A DNA stretch of 62,630 nt, the filler included. It is 4 parts of 4 records of this genome, joined end to end, with 100 filler letters (N's around TTAATTAATTAA, not from the genome) between each part and the next. Parts side by side here need not be neighbours in the genome. Positions count along the whole stretch, not along the records: positions 57,368 to 62,630 come from SRR20825019_1837; 3 more parts are not named here. The stretch is one strand, 5' to 3'. The stretch's first letter is position 1. Every line of letters begins with the position of its first letter. The notes under the pieces are model-generated. The model saw only the letters and a program-made list of their open reading frames with translations. It was not told the DNA's origin and did not search any database. Made by a program: the position numbers and the translations under genes. This document shows positions 57,868 through 62,630 of the stretch, piece after piece.

Positions 57868-58239
57868 TTAAGCCAATTTAATCGGAGTCAAATTATCTGT
57901 TTCTTCGGGAGTAAAAAGTCTGTAATGAATCTGAAAGGTTTTTCCGAGTGGTGTTTCGAGTGAAAATCCTCCAGCTCCAAATCCGTCGGTTACATCGAGT
58001 GTAAAATGAGAATGTTTCCAGTATTCAAACAAATCGTGATCCACCCAAAATTCGCATCCTTCCACTTCTCCGATACAAACATCATTCATCCGCAAATAAA
58101 TACCTCCTTTTTCAAAACATTGTGGTTGTGTACCTTCGCAACATCCTCCAGCTTGGTAAAACATTAGTTCACCGTGTTTTTTTTGCAGCACTTTGATTAA
58201 ATCATTTGCTTTTTCTGTACTGTCTATGCGAGATATCAT
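57868..58239 (-). CDS. DUF779 domain protein
   Basis: HGELMFYQAGGCCEGTQPQC...FEYWKHSHFTLDV..G.G.GGFSLETP.G; this family commonly lies next to AldB-type dehydrogenases. Confidence 0.88.
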   Translation of the reverse strand: MISRIDSTEKANDLIKVLQKKHGELMFYQAGGCCEGTQPQCFEKGGIYLRMNDVCIGEVEGCEFWVDHDLFEYWKHSHFTLDVTDGFGAGGFSLETPLGKTFQIHYRLFTPEETDNLTPIKLA

Positions 58240-58260
58240 AATTTATTGATTTTGGTTGTT

Positions 58261-58297
58261 AAAAAAAGAGCAAACCCTAAATGGAATTTGCTCTTTT
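58261..58297 (-). terminator. Rho-independent terminator after aldehyde dehydrogenase
   Basis: Minus strand AAAAGAGCAAA-loop-TTTGCTCTTTTTTT. Confidence 0.7.
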
Positions 58298-58308
58298 CAA
58301 AACGTTAA

Positions 58309-59820
58309 TTAAAAGAATCCTTGTTTTTTCTTGTCATAAGAGATTAGCATATTCTTGGTTTGACGGTAATAGCCTAACATCATTTTGTGGTTTTCTCTAC
58401 CGAATCCAGATAGCTTATATCCTCCAAACGGAGCTCCTGCAGGATACGCATGGTATTGGTTTACCCAAACTCTACCAGCCTGAATGGCTCTTGGTACCTG
58501 ATACAATTCGTGTGCATCGCGAGTCCAAACACCTGCCCCTAGACCGTAAAGGGTATCGTTAGATATTTCTATGGCTTCTTCAACTGTTTTAAAAGTTGTA
58601 ACTGCCAATACAGGTCCAAAGATTTCTTCTTGGAAGATTCGCATTTTATTGTGTCCTTTAAACAAGGTTGGTTTGATGTAATATCCACCTTCCTGATCGC
58701 CGTCCAACTTAGCAGCTTCACCACCAGTTAATAATTCTGCTCCTTCCTCTTTTCCTAACTTCAAATAAGATAAAATTTTGTCATACTGAACTTTAGAAGT
58801 TTGTGCTCCCATCATCGTGGTTTTATCTAACGGGTTGCCCATTTTGATGGCTTCAACTCTTTCGATAACCCTTGCAATAAATTTGTCGTAGATATCTTCT
58901 TGTATAAGCAATCGGGTTGGAGCTGTACAGATTTCTCCTTGGTTTAGGGCAAACATAACTGCGCCTTCAATTGCTTTGTCCAAGAAGTCGTCATCTTCAT
59001 CCATTACGGAATTAAAGAAGACGTTAGGTGATTTTCCTCCTAACTCCATAGTCACAGGAATGATGTTTTCAGTAGCGTATTGCATCACTATACGTCCTGT
59101 TGCAGTTGAACCAGTAAAAGCAGCTTTTGACACTTTCTTATTTGTAACCAAAGTTCTTCCCAGCTCAGAACCGAAACCGTTTACGATATTCAGCACGCCT
59201 GCAGGAAGTAAATCTTCAATTAATTCCATCAGAACTAAGATTGAAGTAGGTGTACTTTCTGCTGGTTTTAAGACAATAGTACAACCTGAAGCCAAGGCAG
59301 GAGCAAGTTTCCATACCGCCATTAAAATCGGGAAGTTCCACGGAATGATTTGCGCTACGACTCCAATCGGTTCGTTAACGATTAGGGAAACTGTGTTTTG
59401 ATCCAGTTCGCTAAGAGAACCTTCTTCTGCTCTAATAACACCTGCAAAATAGCGGAAATGATCAATTGCTAAAGGAATATCTGCATTCATTGTTTCCCGG
59501 ATTGCTTTTCCGTTGTCGATGGTTTCAACTGTCGCAATGTATTCCAGGTTCTCTTCAATTCTGTCTGCAATTTTGTTCAGAATGATGCTTCTTTCGGTTG
59601 CAGAAGTTTTACTCCAAGTTTTAAAAGCTTCGTGAGCCGCATCTACAGCCAAGGTAATATCCTCTGCGGTAGAATGTGCAGCTTTGGTAAATACCTTACC
59701 GTTAATTGGAGAAATATTGTCAAAATACTTTCCCTGTGCAGGAGGTGTCCATTTTCCGTTGATATAGTTATCGTATTTTCCCTTAAATTCTGGCCAAGCC
59801 AATATTGTTTCTTTACTCAT
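58309..59820 (-). CDS. aldB: NAD-dependent aldehyde dehydrogenase, AldB/AcoD type
   Basis: Motifs IIPWNFP, KPAE, FTGST, ELGGKSP, NQGEICTAP (catalytic Cys), EEIFGP, PFGGYKLSGFGRENHKMML. Confidence 0.93.
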   Translation of the reverse strand: MSKETILAWPEFKGKYDNYINGKWTPPAQGKYFDNISPINGKVFTKAAHSTAEDITLAVDAAHEAFKTWSKTSATERSIILNKIADRIEENLEYIATVETIDNGKAIRETMNADIPLAIDHFRYFAGVIRAEEGSLSELDQNTVSLIVNEPIGVVAQIIPWNFPILMAVWKLAPALASGCTIVLKPAESTPTSILVLMELIEDLLPAGVLNIVNGFGSELGRTLVTNKKVSKAAFTGSTATGRIVMQYATENIIPVTMELGGKSPNVFFNSVMDEDDDFLDKAIEGAVMFALNQGEICTAPTRLLIQEDIYDKFIARVIERVEAIKMGNPLDKTTMMGAQTSKVQYDKILSYLKLGKEEGAELLTGGEAAKLDGDQEGGYYIKPTLFKGHNKMRIFQEEIFGPVLAVTTFKTVEEAIEISNDTLYGLGAGVWTRDAHELYQVPRAIQAGRVWVNQYHAYPAGAPFGGYKLSGFGRENHKMMLGYYRQTKNMLISYDKKKQGFF

Positions 59821-59918
59821 AATTATTGTATTTAGATTATTTTTTTTTGTTAAAAAGACATAATTGTATTATTTTTCAGTAAAAGGTAACATCATATTTA
59901 AAGTAATTATGCCTTTAG

Positions 59919-59939
59919 TAAACCAGTATAACTGGTTTA
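59919..59939. promoter_or_regulatory. Palindromic operator-like site upstream of aldehyde dehydrogenase
   Basis: Perfect 9-bp inverted repeat TAAACCAGT-ATA-ACTGGTTTA, ~100 bp upstream of the ATG. Confidence 0.6.
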
Positions 59940-60030
59940 AGCAAGGTACAATTTTTTTACTCCCTTTCCCTTAATTTTTGTATTTTTAACTATTATAACG
60001 TCTTTATTTTCATATGTTTTCAACAAAAAT

Positions 60031-60999
60031 CTAGACTATATTAGCATGTTTTTGCTTGCTGATTTTATTAAGCAATACTAAGTCATCCTTGTCTAATTTT
60101 AATGATGTACTCGACAAGATTTGCTCTAGTTGCTCTTTGGATGTTGCGCTGGCAATGGGACCACCAATATGAGGTTGAGCAGATAACCAAGCCAATGAAA
60201 CCGTTGCAGGAACGGTATTGTGTTTTTCAGCTATTTGGTCCAAAGCATTTAAAATATTCAAACCTTGTTCATTCAGATACTGAGCCATTCTTTGTCCGCG
60301 CGGGCTTTTGCTAAAATCAGTTTCCGAACGATATTTTCCTGTTAGAAAACCTGCCGCTAATGCGAAATAAGGGAATACCGTTAAATTATATTCTGCAACG
60401 ATGGGTGCATAAACGGTTTCGTATCCTTTTCGCTCTACTAAATTGTACAAAGGCTACAATGCCTGATATTTAGGAAGGTTGTTTTTCTCTGAAAATTCCA
60501 ATGATTCACGAAGTCGCTCCGGAGAAATATTTGAAACCGCAATGTGTTTTACTTTTCCAGCTTTTACTAACTCATGAAACGTTCTAAGGGTTTCTTCTAT
60601 TGGTGTTTTTTCGTCGTCGTAATGCAAATAATACAAGTCGATGTAATTGGTTTGCAATCTTTCCAATGATTTTTCAACCCCTTCCAAAATGTGTCTTCTG
60701 CTAGAGTCTGTTTCGTGTACTCCGGTAGGTCCGCCTACTTTTGTGGCAATAATTACTTTGTCGCGGTTACCTCGGGCTTTCATCCATTTTCCAATGATGG
60801 TTTCCGATTCTCCACCAACACCTCCGTTTATCCAATATGAATACATATCTGCTGTATCGATAAAGTTAAAGCCTGCTTCGATGAAAGCATCTAATAATTC
60901 AAAAGATTTTTGCTCGTCTAAAGTCCATCCGAAAACGTTTCCCCCTAGGTTGAAAGGTGCTACTTCTATGTCTGTTTGTCCTATTTTTATTTTTTTCAT
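60031..60999 (-). pseudogene. Aldo/keto reductase interrupted by a single in-frame TAG
   Basis: LGGNVFGW, NFIDTADMY, GESETIIGKW, IDLYYLH...YQAL-TAG(60456-60454)-PLYNLVER...LAAGFLTGKY...PIASATS. Both halves are in the same frame. Confidence 0.85.
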
Positions 61000-61072
61000 T
61001 TTAAATTGTTTTATAAAAATTAATGTGTAACCTTTTTTATAAAGATTATTTTAAATTGGGTAACCCATTAAT

Positions 61073-61720
61073 TTAATACGCTGCTGTAAATCGTTCTTGA
61101 TGATGTTTTGGACTTTCAACTTCATCTAATATAACAACAGCTACATCTTCTCCTGATAGACTAGATACATTGTTTTGATCAAAAACTGGATTGTCTTTTC
61201 CTAAACGGTATTGGCCTGTTCTACCTGTAGTTATTCCAGGATGCATATCAATTGCGGGACTAAAAAATGCCCAATCAATATCTTTTTCCTCTTTTAAAAT
61301 ATTCAGATAATCCCTTGCAGCAGTTGCTCCAGGTTTTATTTCTTTAGGAAAATCAACCATATCTACTATTTGTTGCTTTTCAGTTGTATAGAGACTTCCC
61401 GCACCGCCAATAACTATTAGTCTTTGAGCACTCGCTTTTTTTACGGCTTCTTGAATTGATTTAGAACCGGCAATAAAATCCTCATAAATATTAGGGTTTG
61501 TCCAACCAGCATTGAATGCGCTGATGACAACATCTTGTCCTTTCAATGCTTCAGTAAGCTTCTCTACATTATTGACATCCACAGAAATTTTATTCACTTT
61601 TTTATCTATGATTGTATCTGTATTTCTAGCAATTGCAGTTATTTCAAAGTCTCTGTTTCTTGCTTCATTCACTAATTTGGAACCTAAAAACCCTGTTGCC
61701 CCAATGATTACTATTTTCAT
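61073..61720 (-). CDS. NAD(P)-binding atypical SDR oxidoreductase (YwnB / flavin reductase-like)
   Basis: MKIVIIGATGFLG...RLIVIGGAGSL...DWAFFSPA...RTGQYRLG...EDVAVVILDEVE.PKH..RFTAAY. Confidence 0.88.
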   Translation of the reverse strand: MKIVIIGATGFLGSKLVNEARNRDFEITAIARNTDTIIDKKVNKISVDVNNVEKLTEALKGQDVVISAFNAGWTNPNIYEDFIAGSKSIQEAVKKASAQRLIVIGGAGSLYTTEKQQIVDMVDFPKEIKPGATAARDYLNILKEEKDIDWAFFSPAIDMHPGITTGRTGQYRLGKDNPVFDQNNVSSLSGEDVAVVILDEVESPKHHQERFTAAY

Positions 61721-61809
61721 AATTGTATTGTTTAATATCACAATTGTGCTTATATCAATTTGTATCGGTGTTTATGTCCATCCCAACACAATAAGCTGGT
61801 ATAATGCAT

Positions 61810-62166
61810 GTAAGATACCGTGTTTGGAAACTCTTGTGTTAAATGCTTTTGGACATAGAAAAGGTAGAAGTGTTTAAATGTTCTAAACCCACTTAAATGA
61901 AATAGAACGGTAATGGTAACTATTTCGCTTTTCGACATTACAAATTTCCGGTTTCTTGTTTTTTTCCCTGTAGAAAGCTCCCTTTTACGTAAGGCAGGCT
62001 CAAAAACCAGACAAAAGTCATCAATAGAACAGAAAATTTCAGTAATTTTATCTTTAGATATCATAAGGCAGAATGTTTTTAGTTAATTGAAATTCAACAC
62101 TTTAATTTACTAAATATTCTGCTTTTTCTTTGCCTAAGATTGATTTTTCTTAGGTCGAACTCAGGT
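61810..62166 (-). mobile_element. IS982-family element remnant (left end plus 5' part of transposase)
   Basis: MISKDKITEIFCSIDDFC...RNR...SEIVTITVLFHLSGFRTFKHFY...FPNTVSY, after which similarity stops. Putative terminal IR ACCTGAGTTCGAC starts at 62166 on the minus strand. Confidence 0.8.
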
Positions 62167-62486
62167 TTTTAGGAATGTGGTTGGGTCACAATGAATCAGC
62201 AGCTTTTTGGCAAGGTGTGCTTACCGATTTAAAAGCTCGTGGTGTAGAAGATATTTTGGTTACCGTTACCGATAACCTTAATGGCTTTACCCAGTCTATT
62301 AAAAACGTATTCCCTACAGCAGGCACACAAATATGTGTCGTGCATCAAATACGCAACTCGGCCCGTTATGTGGTTTGGAAAGACAAAAAAGCATTTACTG
62401 CCGATATGAAGCTTATTTACAACGCACCCAACAAAGAAATGGCAGCACAAGAGCTGGAACGATTTGCCCAAAAATGGAATGACAAA
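62167..62486 (+). mobile_element. IS256-family transposase internal fragment
   Basis: LGMWLGHNESAAFWQGVLTDLKARGVEDILVTVTDNLNGF..SI..VFP...QICVVHQIRNS..YV.WKDKK.F..D.K.IY.A; both ends are missing. Confidence 0.85.
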
Positions 62487-62600
62487 TTAAATTTTAAATC
62501 TTAAAAAATATCAATTACTATCAAAACATATTCTAACTTCAAAAATGGCAAAATGTTGTACCTATGTTGTACCCAAGAAAAAAAGTGAAGTAATTTTTAA

Positions 62601-62630
62601 TAAAAAAAGCCGAAGATTTCTCTTCGACTT
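62601..62630 (-). terminator. Probable terminator of an off-window minus-strand transcript
   Basis: Minus strand AAGTCGAAGA-GAAA-TCTTCGGCTTTTTTT. Confidence 0.55.

Noticed and set aside
57268-62630. Bacterial genes next to eukaryotic genes as horizontal transfer or endosymbiont insertion
   Set aside because: The junction is an artificial N/TTAATTAATTAA spacer, so adjacency carries no biological information. It may reflect concatenation or bin contamination.
1-62630. CRISPR arrays, rRNA and tRNA genes
   Set aside because: No regularly spaced repeats or recognisable rRNA/tRNA signatures seen by eye; tRNAscan-SE and Infernal would be needed to exclude small RNAs.

Overview
This window is not one replicon. 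It is four contigs joined by identical 100-nt artificial spacers (44 N + TTAATTAATTAA + 44 N) at 30260-30359, 45563-45662 and 57268-57367. Segments 1-3 (1-57267) are gene-dense nuclear DNA of a probably flagellated microbial eukaryote; whether all three come from the same species is not certain. They have short, mostly 45-60 nt GT-AG introns, and genes sit mostly in alternating head-to-head / tail-to-tail pairs. An extremely GC-rich island, usually followed by a TATA-like box, lies upstream of nearly every gene. Genes recognised by manual splicing: a four-domain class III nucleotide cyclase, a selenocysteine MsrA with in-frame UGA and 3'-UTR SECIS (missed by the ORF track), a PTB/hnRNP-L-like RRM protein, a giant SHIPPO/PG-repeat protein, APT1 with a SAP-like tail, NELF-B, CEP72-like, an SLC49-like MFS transporter, HIBCH, MPI, a SNAP43-PHD fusion, IMPase, a plant-NADKc-like zeta-toxin-fold kinase with an inserted CPHC thioredoxin, a secreted JmjC protein and a PKD2-like channel. 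Segment 4 (57368-62630) is AT-rich Bacteroidota-like DNA: alpha/beta hydrolase, DUF779, aldehyde dehydrogenase, an amber-interrupted aldo/keto reductase, an atypical SDR and IS982/IS256 remnants. Family calls rest on recalled motifs, not database searches. Multi-exon coordinates are gene spans inferred by eye.
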